The notes under the pieces: model-generated | What the model saw: only the letters and a program-made list of their open reading frames with translations | The model's database searches: none | Told to the model about the DNA's origin: nothing | From: Chiloscyllium plagiosum | Taxonomy: Eukaryota | Direction: 5' to 3' | Length of the DNA: 64,000 nucleotides | Assembly: GCF_004010195.1 (NCBI RefSeq) | Contig: NC_057751.1 | Span: forward strand, 10,410,589 to 10,474,588 | Translations under genes and position numbers: made by a program | In this document: one piece after another, positions 1 to 13,215 of the stretch | How positions within the stretch are numbered: position 1 is the first letter of the stretch | How the letters are laid out: the number at the start of each line of letters is the position of its first letter

Positions 1-131
1 ACCAGGTTTGAACAGTTTGACTGGGCTCTCCTCTACCTAAAGGAATATTAGCCATAATGTGGAGGTGGAGGAGAAAGTGAGGACTGCAGATGCTGGAGAT
101 CAGAGCTGAAAATGTGTTGCTGGAAGTGTTG

Positions 132-772
132 AATTGGGGTGGACAAAGTTAAAAATCACACAACATCAGAGGTTTATTTGCAAATACAACCTTTTAGAGC
201 ACTGGTCCTTTGTCAGGTAGCTAGTGGAGCAGGATCATAGGACACAGAATTTATTGCGAAAGATCGAAGTTTCTTTCAACTGATGCAATGTATAGAACAA
301 ACCTCGATTGCTCTTAAGTCTTTAATCACTTAGAATGGAGACAAAGCACACAATCTGTCAGCAGTCAGTCCATGTGACATTTGATTAATGCCTACTTTGG
401 AAATAGAACCAACCTGACTTAAGGTTGGGATACAGTCAGACTCTAATCTCATACTTTTAATGCATTGTCTGAGCTGATATGTCACCTTTTCTTTTTAAAC
501 CTTAAGTTATCTCGGGAATCTGACTTGAAAGAAGTTCTGGGATTTACATATTAATGAACTGAAACCTGCAACCCTATTCTAAGTGATTAAAGATTTAACA
601 GCAATCTAGGTTTGTTTAATACATTACATCAGTCGTATGGCACTTTGATCCTTTACTATAAATTCTGTATCCTATGATGTTGCCCCACCAGCCACAAAGG
701 AGCAATGCTCCGAAAGCTTGTACTTCCAAATAAACCTGTTGGACTGTAATCTGATGTGTGTGATTTTTAACT
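132..772. mobile_element. Penelope-like element remnant with inverted termini
   Basis: agttaaaaatcacac...ggtttatttg at the left end and its reverse complement at about 727-772; decayed hammerhead-like ggagcaatgctccgaaa near 700. Confidence 0.6.
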
Positions 773-1148
773 AAAGAAATGTTGGTTCACTCAGCAAATG
801 GTCAGCAATACTGTCGATAGCTTTGTGACAGATTCACTTGTCAAATGACTGAGCTCAGCCTTGAAGAAATCCTCCTGATTCCACTCAGATTGAGCTAATT
901 GTTTTTGGATGATTGGAAATAATGATGTCAGCATACCATCTCTGCAAGTCTTGAATAAGCTTTGGCATAAAAGTGCTTCACACTGGTTTCTGAGTGATGA
1001 TAGACCATTTTTATTTCTTTTCATTCATGGGATGTGGACGTTGCTGGCAAGGTTAGTAAGTATTGCTTATCCCTAATTGCCCTTAACAGGGTGCTAAAAT
1101 GCCTTCCTGAACCTTGGTAGTTTGTGTGTCAAAATTCCCACAGTGCTA

Positions 1149-1700
1149 AGAGAAAGTGAGGACTGCAGATGCTGGAGATCAGAGTGGAGAGTGTGGTGCT
1201 GGAAAAGCACAGCAGGTCAGGCAGCATCAGAGGAGCAGGAGAATCAATGTTTCAGGCAAAAGCTGTTCATCAGGAATGAGGCTGTGAGCTGAGGGGATGG
1301 TGAGATAAATGGGAGGGGGTTGGGGCTGGAGGAAGGAATGTGAGAGTGCAATCAGTAGCTGGAGTTGGGGGTTGTGGTGATAGGTCGGAGAGGAGGGTGG
1401 AGCAGATAAGTGGGAAGGAAGATGGTCAGGTAGGACAGGTCATGAGGATGGTGCTGAGTTGGAACTGGGATAAGGTTGGGGGAAGGGGAAATGAGGAAAC
1501 TGGTGATGTCCACATTGATAACGTGTGGTTGGAGGGTCCCAAGGCAGAAGATGACGTGTCGTTCCTCCAGGCGTCGAGTGGTAAGGTGTGGCGATGGAGG
1601 AGGCCCAAGACCTGCATGTCCATGGTGGAGTGGGAGGGGGAGTAGCAGTGTTTGGCCATGGGACGGAGGGGTTGGTGTCCCAGAGATGTTCTCTGAAGGA
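1149..1700 (-). mobile_element. Penelope-like element 3' fragment (GIY-YIG C-terminus plus terminal repeat)
   Basis: ORF 1426-1659 AKHCYSPSHSTMDMQVLGL resembles the PLE endonuclease tail (HFNSPSH); the terminal unit is shared with other copies in the window. Confidence 0.8.
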
Positions 1701-3218
1701 CAGAACCCCAGAACAGAATACTTATCGAAAAGGCAGGGAGGTGAGCAGAGGGGGTGGGGTTGCCTTGTCAGTTAAGTTGGTTGGTGTGGGTGTCCCAGAG
1801 ATGTTCTCTGAAGGACAGAACCCCAGAACAGAATACTTATCGAAAAGACAGGGAGGTGAGCAGAGGGGGTGGGTTGCCTTGTCAGTTAAGGATGAAATTA
1901 AATCTATGACATTGAATGACATAGGGTCAGATGATTTGGAGTCTGTGTGGATGGAGTTGAGGAACCACAAAGGCAAAAAAACCATAATGGGAGTTATGTA
2001 CAAACCTCCCAACAGTGGTCAGGACCAGTGGCGCAAGATGCACCGGGAAATAGATAGGGCATGACTGAAAAGCAAGGTCATGGTGATTATGGGGGACTTC
2101 AATATGCTGGGGGACTCAGTGAATAATGTTGCCGGTGGATCCAAAGAAAGGGAATTCATGGAATGCTTACAGGATGGCTTTTTTGGAACAGCTTGTGATG
2201 GAGCCCACAAGGGAGCAGGCTATTCTGGACTTAATGCTATGTAACGAGCCAGACTTTATAAAAGATCTTGAAGTCAGGGACACTTAGGAGGCAGCGATCA
2301 TAATGTGGTAGAATTCAGTCTGCTGTCTGAAAGAGAGAAGACAAAATCAGATGTAATGGTGTTACAGTTAAATAAAGGTAATTACAGGGGCATGAGAGAG
2401 GAACTGACGAAAATTGACTACAATCAGAGCCTAGTGGGGAAGACACTAGAGCAACAATGGCAGGAGTGTCTGGGTGTAGTTGAGGACACAGTACAGAGCC
2501 ATGGCTGACAAAGGAAGTCAGGAAATGTATCAGAGAAACAGAGAAAACCTATGAAGTGTCCAAGAGCACTGGGAAATCAGAAGATTGGGAAGACTACAAA
2601 AACAAACAGACGATAACAAAGAGAGAAGTAAGGAAGGAGAGAATCAAACATGAAGGTAAGCTAGCCAGTAATATTAGAAATGATTGTAAAAGTTTCTTTC
2701 AATACATAAGAAACAAACAAGTAGAAATTGGGCCGCTCCAAATTGATGCTGGGAGATAAGGAAATAGCTGAAGAACTTAAGAAATACTTCATGTCAGTCT
2801 TCATAGTGGAAGACATGAGTAATATCCCAACAATTAAGGAAAGTCAGGGAGCAGAGTTGAGTATAGTAGCCATTACAAAAAAGAAAGTGCAAGAAAAGCT
2901 AAAAGGTCTCAAAATTGATAAATCTCCTGGCTCTGATGGGCTACGTATGAGAGTTCTGAGTGAGGTTGCTGAGGAAATAGGGCATGTATTGGTTGTGATC
3001 TTTTAAAGGTCAGTGGTGTCAGGGAAAGTCCCAGATGATTGGAAAATCGCTGTTGTAACTTCCTTGTTCAAGAAAGGATCAAGACAGAAGATGGAAAATT
3101 AAAGGCCAATTAGCCTAACCTCAGTTGTCGGTAAAATTCTCGAGTCCATCATTAAGGATGAGATTTCTAAATTCTTGTAAGTGCAGCGTTGCATTAGAAC
3201 AAGTCAGCATGGATTTAG
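1700..3218 (+). mobile_element. CR1 LINE fragment (AP-endonuclease to start of RT), decayed
   Basis: Motifs GGGVALSVK, ESVWMEL, GVMYKPP, MGDFN, KSPGSDG; stops and frameshifts. Confidence 0.9.
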
Positions 3219-3292
3219 TTTTTAAAACATCAAAATTTATTCCCCTGCGTTCACTGGCCTCCATTTCTTTAACTGAAGCAAAATATTCATTT

Positions 3293-6105
3293 AGTAAGAA
3301 GAAAGAAACTGATTTAAGGTTGAGAAGGCAAGGATCAGACAGGGCTCTAGAGGATTACAAGGTTGTCAGGGAGGAACTGAAGAATGGACTTACGAGAGCT
3401 AGAAGCGGCCCGAGAAAGCCTTAGCAGGTCGGATTAAGGAAAACCCGAAGGCATTCTGCACTTATGTGAGGAACAAGAGGATGGCCAGACTGAGGGTAGG
3501 GCCGATCATGGATAGTGGAGGGAACTTGCGCCTGTAGTCGGAGGAGGTAGGGGAGATCCTTAATGAATACTTTGCTTCTGTATTTACTACTGAGAGGGAC
3601 CTTGACATTTGTGAGGGCAGTGTGAAACAGACTGATATGCTCAAATAGGTTGATGTTAGGTCGGAGGATGTGCCAAAACATTTGAAAACCATAAGGATAA
3701 ATAAGTCTCCTGGGCCAGATGGATATACCTTTGGTTACTACAGGATGTGAGGGAAGAGATTCCTGTGCTTCCAGCATGATCTTTGTCCCCTCACTGTCCA
3801 CTGCAGTCGTGCCAGATGATTGGAGGGTGGCAAATGTTATTCCCTTGTTCAAAAAAGGGAATAGGGATAATCCTAGGAACTGGATTAGTGGTGCTGGAAG
3901 AGCACAGCAGTTCAGGCAGCATCCAACGAGCAGCGAAATCGACGTTTTGGGCAAAAGCTCTTCATCAGGAATAAAGGCAGTGAGCCTGAAGCGTGGAGAG
4001 ATAAGCTAGGGGAGGGTGGGGGTGGGGNNNNNNNNNNNNNNNNNNNNNNNNNNNNNNNNNNNNNNNNNNNNNNNNNNNNNNNNNNNNNNNNNNNNNNNNN
4101 NNNNNNNNNNNNNNNNNNNNNNNNNNNNNNNNNNNNNNNNNNNNNNNNNNNNNNNNNNNNNNNNNNNNNNNNNNNNNNNNNNNNNNNNNNNNNNNNNNNN
4201 NNNNNNNNNNNNNNNNNNNNNNNNNNNNNNNNNNNNNNNNNNNNNNNNNNNNNNNNNNNNNNNNNNNNNNNNNNNNNNNNNNNNNNNNNNNNNNNNNNNN
4301 NNNNNNNNNNNNNNNNNNNNNNNNNNNNNNNNNNNNNNNNNNNNNNNNNNNNNNNNNNNNNNNNNNNNNNNNNNNNNNNNNNNNNNNNNNNNNNNNNNNN
4401 NNNNNNNNNNNNNNNNNNNNNNNNNNNNNNNNNNNNNNNNNNNNNNNNNNNNNNNNNNNNNNNNNNNNNNNNNNNNNNNNNNNNNNNNNNNNNNNNNNNN
4501 NNNNNNNNNNNNNNNNNNNNNNNNNNNNNNNNNNNNNNNNNNNNNNNNNNNNNNNNNNNNNNNNNNNNNNNNNNNNNNNNNNNNNNNNNNNNNNNNNNNN
4601 NNNNNNNNNNNNNNNNNNNNNNNNNNNNNNNGCAGGATGTGGACGAGATGCGTTGGAGGGCATCTTTAAGCACGTGGGAAGGGAAATTGCGGTCTCTAAA
4701 GAAGGAGGCCATCTGGTGTGTTCTGTGGTGGAACTGGTCCTCCTGGGAGCAGATACGGCGGAGGCGGAGGAATTGGGAATACGGGATGGCATTTATGCAA
4801 TCCTAGGAACTGCAAACCAATCAGTCTTATGTCTGTGGTGGGCAAAGTAGTGGAGAGGAGTTTGAGAGACAGGATTTATGATTACCTGAAAAACCATAGT
4901 TTGATTAGAGATAGTCTGCATGGCTTGTGAGTGACATGGTCATGCCTCACAAACCTGATTGAATTCTTTGAGCGTGTGACAACACACATTGATGAAGGTA
5001 GAGTAATGGATGTTGTATATATGGATTTTAGCAAGGCATTTGATAAGGTTCCCCATGGTAGGCTCATTGAGAAAGTAAGGAAGCATGGGATCCAGGGAAA
5101 TCTGGTTTTCTGGATACAGAATTAGCTGCCTCATAGATGACAGAGGATGGTATTAGATGGAAAGTATTCAACCTGGTGTTCACGAAGGTTGGTGGAGTGG
5201 TGGATAGTGTGAAGAGCTGTTATAGGTTGTAATGACAAATTGACAGGATGCAGAACTGGGCTGATAAGTGGCAGATGGAATTTAACCTGGAAAAGTGTGA
5301 AGTCATTCACTTTAGAAGGTTGAATCTGAATGCAGAATACATGGTTAAAGGCAGGATTCTTGATAATTTGGAAGAACAGAGGGATCTTGGGGTCCAGGTC
5401 CTTAGATCCCTCAAAGTTGCCACCCAAGTTGATAGGATTATCAAGAATGCGTAAGGGCTGTTGGCTTTCATTCACAGGAGGATTAAGTTTAAGAGCCGCG
5501 AGGTTATGCTGCATGTCTATAAAGCCCTGGTTACACCATACTTGGAATATTGTGTTCACTTCTGGTTGCCTCATTATAGGAAGGATGTGGGAGCTTTAGA
5601 GAGGGTGCAAAGGAGATTTACCAGAATGCTGCCTGGACTGGAGGGCATGTCTTATGAAGCAAGGTTGAGGAAGCGAGGGCTTTTCTCATTGGAACAAAGA
5701 AGGATGAGAAGTGCTTTGATAGAAGTGCACAAGATGGTGAGAGGTACAGATAGAGTGGATAGCCAGAGACTCTTTTCCAGGGCGGAAATGGTTAACACTG
5801 ATCCCTGCAGAACACCACATAATTTTAAGGTGATGAGAGGAAGATTTAGGGGAGATGTCAGTGTTTGGTTCTTTATACAGAGAGTGATGGGTGCGTGGAA
5901 TGCACTGCCAGTGGTAGTAGTTAGCTCAGATACATTAGGGGCACTTAAGTGACTCTTGGATAGGCACATGGAAGATAGTACATTGAAGAGTATGTAGGTT
6001 AGTCTGATCTTAGAGTAGGATAAAAGGTCAGCACAACATCGAGGGCCGAAGGGCCTGTACTGCTGTACTGTTCTGTGTTCTGTATTCTGTGTTTTATGTT
6101 CTATG
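3293..6105 (+). mobile_element. CR1 LINE (RT to 3' tail), decayed, interrupted by a PLE
   Basis: DWRVANVIPLFKKG, YMDFSKAFDKVPH, WQMEFNLEKC, LERVQRRFTRM; tail of TGTTCTA-like repeats. Confidence 0.92.
3883..4798 (-). mobile_element. Young Penelope-like element inserted in CR1 (mostly assembly gap)
   Basis: Exact 14-bp TSD AATCCTAGGAACTG (3869-3882, 4799-4812); PLE peptide MASFFRDRNFPSHV; terminal unit with a hammerhead-like motif. Confidence 0.88.
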
Positions 6106-6299
6106 GTCTGTCTCCCGTCTCTTGAGTCGATGGCTTATTGTGTCGAGATCAAGCTGTCTCATCCTTATGCACAGTGAGGGCTACATTTCAAGTGCATTTA
6201 AGACGGTCACTGAGCAAATTACAGAAATTTAAAGTTTGATACAACAATAACCATGAATTACAGAGAAAATAAATTCCAAAGCAATAATTTAATAATTTA

Positions 6300-6736
6300 A
6301 ATATAAGCTATAGGGAGAGGCTGAACAGACTGGGGCTGTTTTCCCTGAAGCCTCGGAGACTGAGGGGTGACCTTATAGAACTTTATAAAATCATGAGGGA
6401 CATGAGTACGATAAATAGACAAGGTCTTTTCCCTGGGGTCCAGAATTAGAGGGCATAGATTTAGGGTGAGAGGGGAAAGATATAAGAGAGACCTAAGGGG
6501 CAACTCTTTCACGCAGAGGGTGGTACGTGTATGGAATTAACTGCCAGAGGAAGTGGTGGAGGCTAGTACAATTGCAACATTTAAAAGGCATCTGGATCGA
6601 TATATGAATAGGATGGGTTTGGAGGGATATGGGCCAGGTTCTGGCAGGTGGGACTAGATTGGGTTGGGATATCTGGTCAGCATGGACGGGTTGGACCGAA
6701 GGGTCTGTTTCCGTGCTGTACATCTCCATGACTCTA
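6300..6736 (+). mobile_element. CR1 LINE 3' end
   Basis: RLNRLGLF...RGDLIE, FFTQRVV; ATGACTCT tail. Confidence 0.9.
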
Positions 6737-7074
6737 ATTCTTGAAAATGTTCCAAGCAGCAGACCTCACTAATGAAGCCTCTCTCTTTTGTGGTTTGGTT
6801 CAGCTTGAGAGAAACAGACTGGGCCATAGTCCAGATCAGCAGGGAAGGAGGTGGGAATTGGTGCTGATCAGAGTCGTGTTTAACTAATGCTGACCTTGGT
6901 TCATTTCTGATAGCACACAGACTGAACTAGCCCAGGCAGAATTCACATATAAGTGGGGGTTACAATTAAGTTGCCATTCAGCCTGGATTTTTCTCCTTTC
7001 CCAATCTCCTTTGCTAGTAGGTTCTTGGGGTAATTGGAGGAAGGTAAATGTATGACTCAGCCTTGGGGTGCACA

Positions 7075-8890
7075 AGCTTTTCTTTCCCACACAGAAGCAT
7101 TCTCTTCTCTGTCCCACACTTCCCCACTCCTGCACCAAGTCTCTCTATCTCACATCCTCAGTCTTTCCATTTGTCTCACACTCTCAATTCCTTTGTCTCT
7201 CCCACGTACCAACTCACAGTCTTCTTTGTTTAGACCCACTGGCCCAGTCTGCCTCCCTGAATCACCCATTTTCCCACACTGATCTCCTCATTCTCTGACA
7301 TTCTCCACATCTTACATGTCTCACATATTCACTTTCACTACACTTTACCAGTTCCGAATGTGCACACTCTCCCTGTCTTAGTCACTCCCCAGCTCACACC
7401 CTCATCGTCTTATTCATTCACTTGAGTGCATTGTCTCTCTTGGACTCATTCACCGACACTCTCCCTATCCCACTCAATTGCAATTGCATAAGTTTTCTAC
7501 TTTAATCTCTCACTCATTCAGAGTCTCTCCATCTCATTCTTTCACTCTGCCTTTCAATCTCCCACATTCTCCCTGTCTCACACACTCACCCTCCCACATT
7601 GTCTTTGTCTCATTCGCTCGCTGTTACTCACTCTCCATACCTCACTCACTCACTCAGTCACTGTTCCACACACTCTCCCTATCTATTTCACTCACTCTCT
7701 GTTTCATTCACTCAGTCTCCCTGCCTCACTCACTCACTTTCCCACATTATTGTCATCTAACATACTCACTCTCTCCCACACTCTCCATCTCACCTCGAGT
7801 CATAGAGGAATAGAGATGTACAGGATGGAAACAGACCTTTCGGTCCAACTTGTCCATGCTGACCAGATATCCTAAATTAATCTAGTCCCATTTGCCAGCA
7901 CTTGGCCCGTATCCCTGTGAAATCTTCCTGTTCATTGCTCAGTCTTTCTCACGACCTTACTCTCCAACATCATAGAACATAGAAAAATACAGCACAGTAT
8001 AGGCCCTTCGGCCCTCGATGTTGCGCCGATCCAAGCCCACCTAACCTACATTAGCCCACTATCCTCCATATGCCTATCCAATGCCCGCTTAAATGCCCAT
8101 AATGAGGGAGAGTCCACCACTGCTACTGGCAGGGCATTCCACGAACTCACGACTCNNNNNNNNNNNNNNNNNNNNNNNNNNNNNNNNNNNNNNNNNNNNN
8201 NNNNNNNNNNNNNNNNNNNNNNNNNNNNNNNNNNNNNNNNNNNNNNNNNNNNNNNNNNNNNNNNNNNNNNNNNNNNNNNNNNNNNNNNNNNNNNNNNNNN
8301 NNNNNNNNNNNNNNNNNNNNNNNNNNNNNNNNNNNNNNNNNNNNNNNNNNNNNNNNNNNNNNNNNNNNNNNNNNNNNNNNNNNNNNNNNNNNNNNNNNNN
8401 NNNNNNNNNNNNNNNNNNNNNNNNNNNNNNNNNNNNNNNNNNNNNNNNNNNNNNNNNNNNNNNNNNNNNNNNNNNNNNNNTCTCAGCTCCATTGCTGTCT
8501 CACTCATTACCCCTCCCACACTCTCACTGTCTGACTTGCTCATTCTCCCATACATTGCTTGTCTCATTCACTTACTCTCCCGTAATCTCTGTCTCATTTG
8601 GTCACTTCACACATCTCTCACAGTCGCTTCCATACTCTCTCTGCCGCAATCAGTCACTCTCATCTTCCATGTCACCTTGTCTTTCAATCAATTGTGCCCC
8701 CTCTCTCATTCACTCTCTGCCGCTTCCTTCACTCACACATCCTTGCACCCTTGGATTACCTCCCTCATTTACACTTTATCCCTCATTCCCTGACTCACAC
8801 TCTCGCACTTGCTCAATTCCTACCCTTCCTCACTCAAACTACCTCACACTTTCCCTGTTCTTGACACTTCATCCTGTCTTTTTCTCTGCC
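7075..8890 (+). repeat. Low-complexity CT/CA-rich tract with two minus-strand CR1 3' insertions (about 7797-7935, and 7971 into the gap)
   Basis: Degenerate ctca/ctct repeats with G almost absent on the plus strand. Confidence 0.85.
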
Positions 8891-9039
8891 CATCAAACCA
8901 ATGTTTTCCAGTTTGCGTCTGTCTCTATGTTTATGTTGGGGATTTAAAAGGAGATTAGAGTTTGAACTAAATGAGTCATATATTAACAGTGCATAGCTGT
9001 TTCTTATGATCAGAATTGACTTATTTGTAATAAACAGTA

Positions 9040-9230
9040 CAGGAACCTGGTTATGTTCACAATTAACTCCTTTAGGGAAGGAAAAGTGCCATCCTTACCA
9101 GGTCTGGCCAATATGTGACTCCAGGGCCATTACAACGTGGTTGATTCTTAACAGCTCTCTCTCCATACTAGGGTGGGCAAGAAAAAATAGCCTGGCCATT
9201 GACGTCCATGTGCCGTGAAAGGAAAATGAA
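9040..9230 (+). mobile_element. Old shark SINE 3' portion sharing its tail with an L2-like LINE
   Basis: tcctttagggaaggaaa...gtgactccag core; an inverted relative lies at about 31720-31980; same tail as 9690-9745 and 1008-1085. Confidence 0.55.
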
Positions 9231-9329
9231 GACATGTAAATCAGAGATTCTGATTAATCATTAACTTTTGTGGCAACGTCAGGAGTAGTGGTGCTTCAGA
9301 ATCAGAGCACTTTCCCATTTGGGTTCTAA

Positions 9330-9750
9330 ACTTGACATCATCCAGGAAACAACAGCCTGCTTGATTGACAATGCATTCATCACTTTCCATTTTGACTCCC
9401 TTCACCGCTGACACTTTGTGCACCATCTACAAGATATACTGCAGAAATTCGTAAAAACTCCTACAACAGTACCTTCCAAACCCGTGACCTCTACCACCTA
9501 GAAGGAAAATACAACAAATCATGAGAACACCACCACCTGGATTTTCTTTTCCAAACCATCCTGACTTGGAATGAGATTGCATTTCCACGCTTTCACTGTG
9601 TTAAAATTCTCATTCTCCTTCCATGGTAGCACTGTGAAATGTCCTTGCACCCTGTATACTTCAGCGGGTTCAAGAAGCAGAGCAATTAGAGATAGACAAT
9701 AAATACTGGCCCAGCCAGCAATACGCACATCCCATGAATGAATTTAAAGA
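9330..9750 (+). mobile_element. Old L2-like LINE 3' end
   Basis: Related minus-strand pieces at about 14880-15110, 16955-17130, 17725-18375, 19390-19900, 41530-41690 and 48780-49610. The clade assignment is from recall only. Confidence 0.55.
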
Positions 9751-9854
9751 AACACACAGTCTCTCCCCCATCCTTTGCCTGGCATTGGATTCCTACACCA
9801 CCATCTTCTGACCAGTCCTTAATTGTGACACAAATGGAAATTGCTGGAAAAGGC

Positions 9855-12800
9855 CATAAGAACATCAGACTTGGGATCAGAAATTAGACCCCTCAGCCCA
9901 TCGAATCTGCTCCATTATTCCATCCGGGCCGATAAGTTTATCAACCCCATTCTCCAGCTTTCTCCCCATAACCCTTGATCCCCTTGATACTCAAAAACCT
10001 ACCTATCTCAGTCTTCAATGAGCTGGCCACCACAGCCAGATGACATTCTGTGGTAATGAATTCCATAGATTCACCACTCTCTGGCTGAAGAAGTTTTTCC
10101 TATCTCCGTTCTAAAAGGTCTTCCCCTTACTCTAAGGCTGTGCCCTCAGATCCTAGTTTCTCCTACTCATGGAAACATCTTGGTACTGTGTCTATTCTGT
10201 CCAGGCCATTCAGTATTCTGCACATTTCAATTTAGATCCCTCCTCATCCTTCTAAACTCCATTGAGTGTGAACCCAGAGTCCTCAAACATTCTTCATATG
10301 TTAGCTTTTCATTCCTGGAACAATTCTCATGAACCTCCTTTGAACATGCTCCAGGTGCATCCATCCTGAGAAATGGGGCCCAAAACTGCACACAGTATTC
10401 CAAATTTGGTCTGACCAGAGCCTTACAGAGCCTCAGAAGTACATCCCTGCTTTTATATTCAAGCCCTCTCAAAATAAATGCTATCATTGCATTTGCCTTC
10501 CTAACTTCTGGCTCAAACTGCAAGCTCTCTTGAGAGAATCCTAAATTAGAACTCTCAAGTCTCTTTGCACTCCAGACTTCTGAATTTTTTCCCCATTTAG
10601 AAAATAATCCATGCTTCTATTCTTCCTACCAAAGTCCATTACCTCACACATTGTACTCCAACTGCCACTTCTTTGCTCACTCTCCTAACCTGTACAAATT
10701 CTTCTGCAGCCTCCCTGCTTCCTAAATACTCCCTGTCCCTCTACCTATCTTTGTATCATCTGAAAACTTACCCAGAATGCCCTGAGTTCCTTCAATTGAT
10801 TGTTAATGTATAAAGTGAAACATGTGGTCCTAACACTGTCTCTTATGGAACACCAGTTGTCACCGGCTGCCATCCTGAGAAGGACCCTTTTATCCCCACT
10901 CTCTGCTCTCTGCCAGACAGCCAAGCATCTGTCCATGCTAGCCCCTTGCCTGTAACACCCATGGGCCCTTAGCTTAATCAGTAGTCTCTTGTGCGGCACC
11001 TGGTTGAAGGCCTTCTTGAAGTCCAGGTAGATAACATCCATTGGCTCGCCTTGGTCTAACCTGCTTATTACTTCCTCAAAGATTTCTAGCAGATTTGTCG
11101 GGCATGACCTCCCCTTGATGAAACCATGCTGACTTTGCCCTATTTTACCATGCACTTCCAAGTATTCAGAAATCTCATTCTTTACAATAGGTTCCAGGAT
11201 CTTACCCATGACTGAGGTTAGGCTAACTGGGCTGTAATTTTTGGTCTTTTGCCTGACTCCCTTTTTAAACAGGGGTGTTACGTTAGAGATTTTCCAGTCC
11301 TCTGAGTTTAGCGATTCCTGAAAGATCACCACTAACACATCCACTATCTCTCTTCAGCTATCTCCCTTAGAACTCTGGGGTGTTGTCCATCTGGTCCAGG
11401 TGATTTATCCACTTTCAGGCCATTCCGTTTTTCTCGCACCTTCTCCTTGGTGATGGCCACCATACTCAGCTCTACCCCCTCACTCTCTTGAAGTTCTGGG
11501 ATAGTACTTGTTGTCTTCCACTTTGAAGACTGATGCCAAGTAATTATTCAGTTCCTCAGCCATTTGCTTGTTCCCCAGTACCATCTCTCCAGCATCATTT
11601 TCTAGCAGCCCAATGTCTCTCTTTCACTCTTTATATATCTAAAGAAACTCTTCCAGTCTTCCTTTATATTACTGGCTCGCTCATATTTCATCTTCTCCCT
11701 TCTCATTTCTTTTTTTGTTGCCTTCTATTAGTCTTTGTAAGCTTCCCAATCCTCTGGTTTCCTACTGGCCTTATCCACATTATCTGCCTTCCCTTTTGAT
11801 TTTATGCTATCCCTGACCTCCCTCAGCAGTCATGGTTGCCTCTTCTTCCCAGTACCATGCTTCTTTCACCGAGGGATGATTTTTTGCTGGGTTTCCTGAA
11901 TTACTCACAAAAACTCCTACCATTGCTGTTCCACTGTCTTTTCTGCTAGGCTCCTCTCTGTCAATTCTACCCAGCTACTCTCTCATGCCTTTATTCAGCT
12001 GGAATATTGTTACCTCTGATTTTGCCTTCTCCAGCCATATTATGATCACTACCTCCTCAGGGTCCCTTCACTTTAAGCTCCCTTATCAAGTCTGCCTCAT
12101 TGCACAACACTGTTCCTTTGTGGGCTCCACCACAAACTGCTCCAAAAAGCCATCTCATAGACATTCCACAAATTCCTTTTCTTACAATCCACTACCAACT
12201 GAATTTTCTTTGTACACCTGCAAATTGAAATCCCCTGTGACCACTGTTAACTTTGCCTTTCCCATACATCTTTCCTGTCGACTGGTGTATTTTGTGCCCC
12301 AGCTCCTAACTGCTATTTGGAGGCCTGAACCCCTTACGTCCAACTATGGTTTTGCATTCCTCAATTCTACCCACGCAGATTCTACACCATCCAACCCAAC
12401 TTCGTTTCTTACTATTGATTTCATTTCATTTCTGACAAATAAGGCAATCCCATCCCCTCTGCCGACCTGCCTCTCTTTTCAATAGGATATGTATCCTTGG
12501 ATATTCCTGATCCTGATTCCTCTGCAGTCATGTCTCTGTGATGCCTACCATATCACACCTCCCAATTCTGATCTGTGCCACAAGCTCATATACCTTATTC
12601 CTTCTACTGCACGTAGTCAAATATAAACCTTCAGCCCTGTATTAACTGTCCCTCTTCTCATTGTCATTCGTTTGAAGTTTGATTGCTAACCCTTTCCATA
12701 CACTCTCCTATTTGTGTCTGTGCTAGAGATTTTAATAACCTCTCCTGAGTTCTGTGTTGTTACCTCCTCCTTTAATTTGGGTTTTCTAATTTCCCCTATA

Positions 12801-13215
12801 AGTAAGCTCTCCCCCACTATTTAGTTTAAAGCCCTGTCTGCAGCCCCAGTTATGTGATTCACTAGGACTCCAGTCCCAGCACGGTTCAGAAGAAGATTGT
12901 CACATTGGAACAGGTCTCTTCTTCCCCGGTGCCAATGTCGCATACATTCAAACCCATTTATCCCACACCAGTGTTTCAGCCATGCATTAACCTTTGTAAT
13001 CTTATTGACCCTGTGTCAATTAGCTCGTGGCTCAGGGAGTAATTGAGAGGTTATTACCTTTTTGGTTCTGCTTTTTAATTTCACTCTGAGCTGTTCATAC
13101 TCCCTTCGCAGAGTTTTATCTGTGTCCTAGTTTTATCTGTGTTGATGAAACCTACGTGGGCCATGACTACTGGATCTTTACCCTCCCACTCCAAGTTCGT
13201 CTTCAGCCCAGATGA
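9855..13215 (-). mobile_element. Near full-length decayed CR1 LINE, including part of the ORF1 esterase
   Basis: RT ORFs 10227-10523 and 10745-11344 (YLDFKKAFNQVPH); endonuclease remnants at 12000-12500; LEWEGKDPVVMAHVG resembles the CR1 ORF1 SGNH block. Confidence 0.9.

Noticed and set aside
3912..4792. Long ORFs (217-275 aa) in the ORF track, and similar ones at 8046-8947, 36465-36957 and 39273-40009
   Set aside because: They are long only because they run through N-gaps; the flanks are PLE, CR1 or low-complexity sequence.
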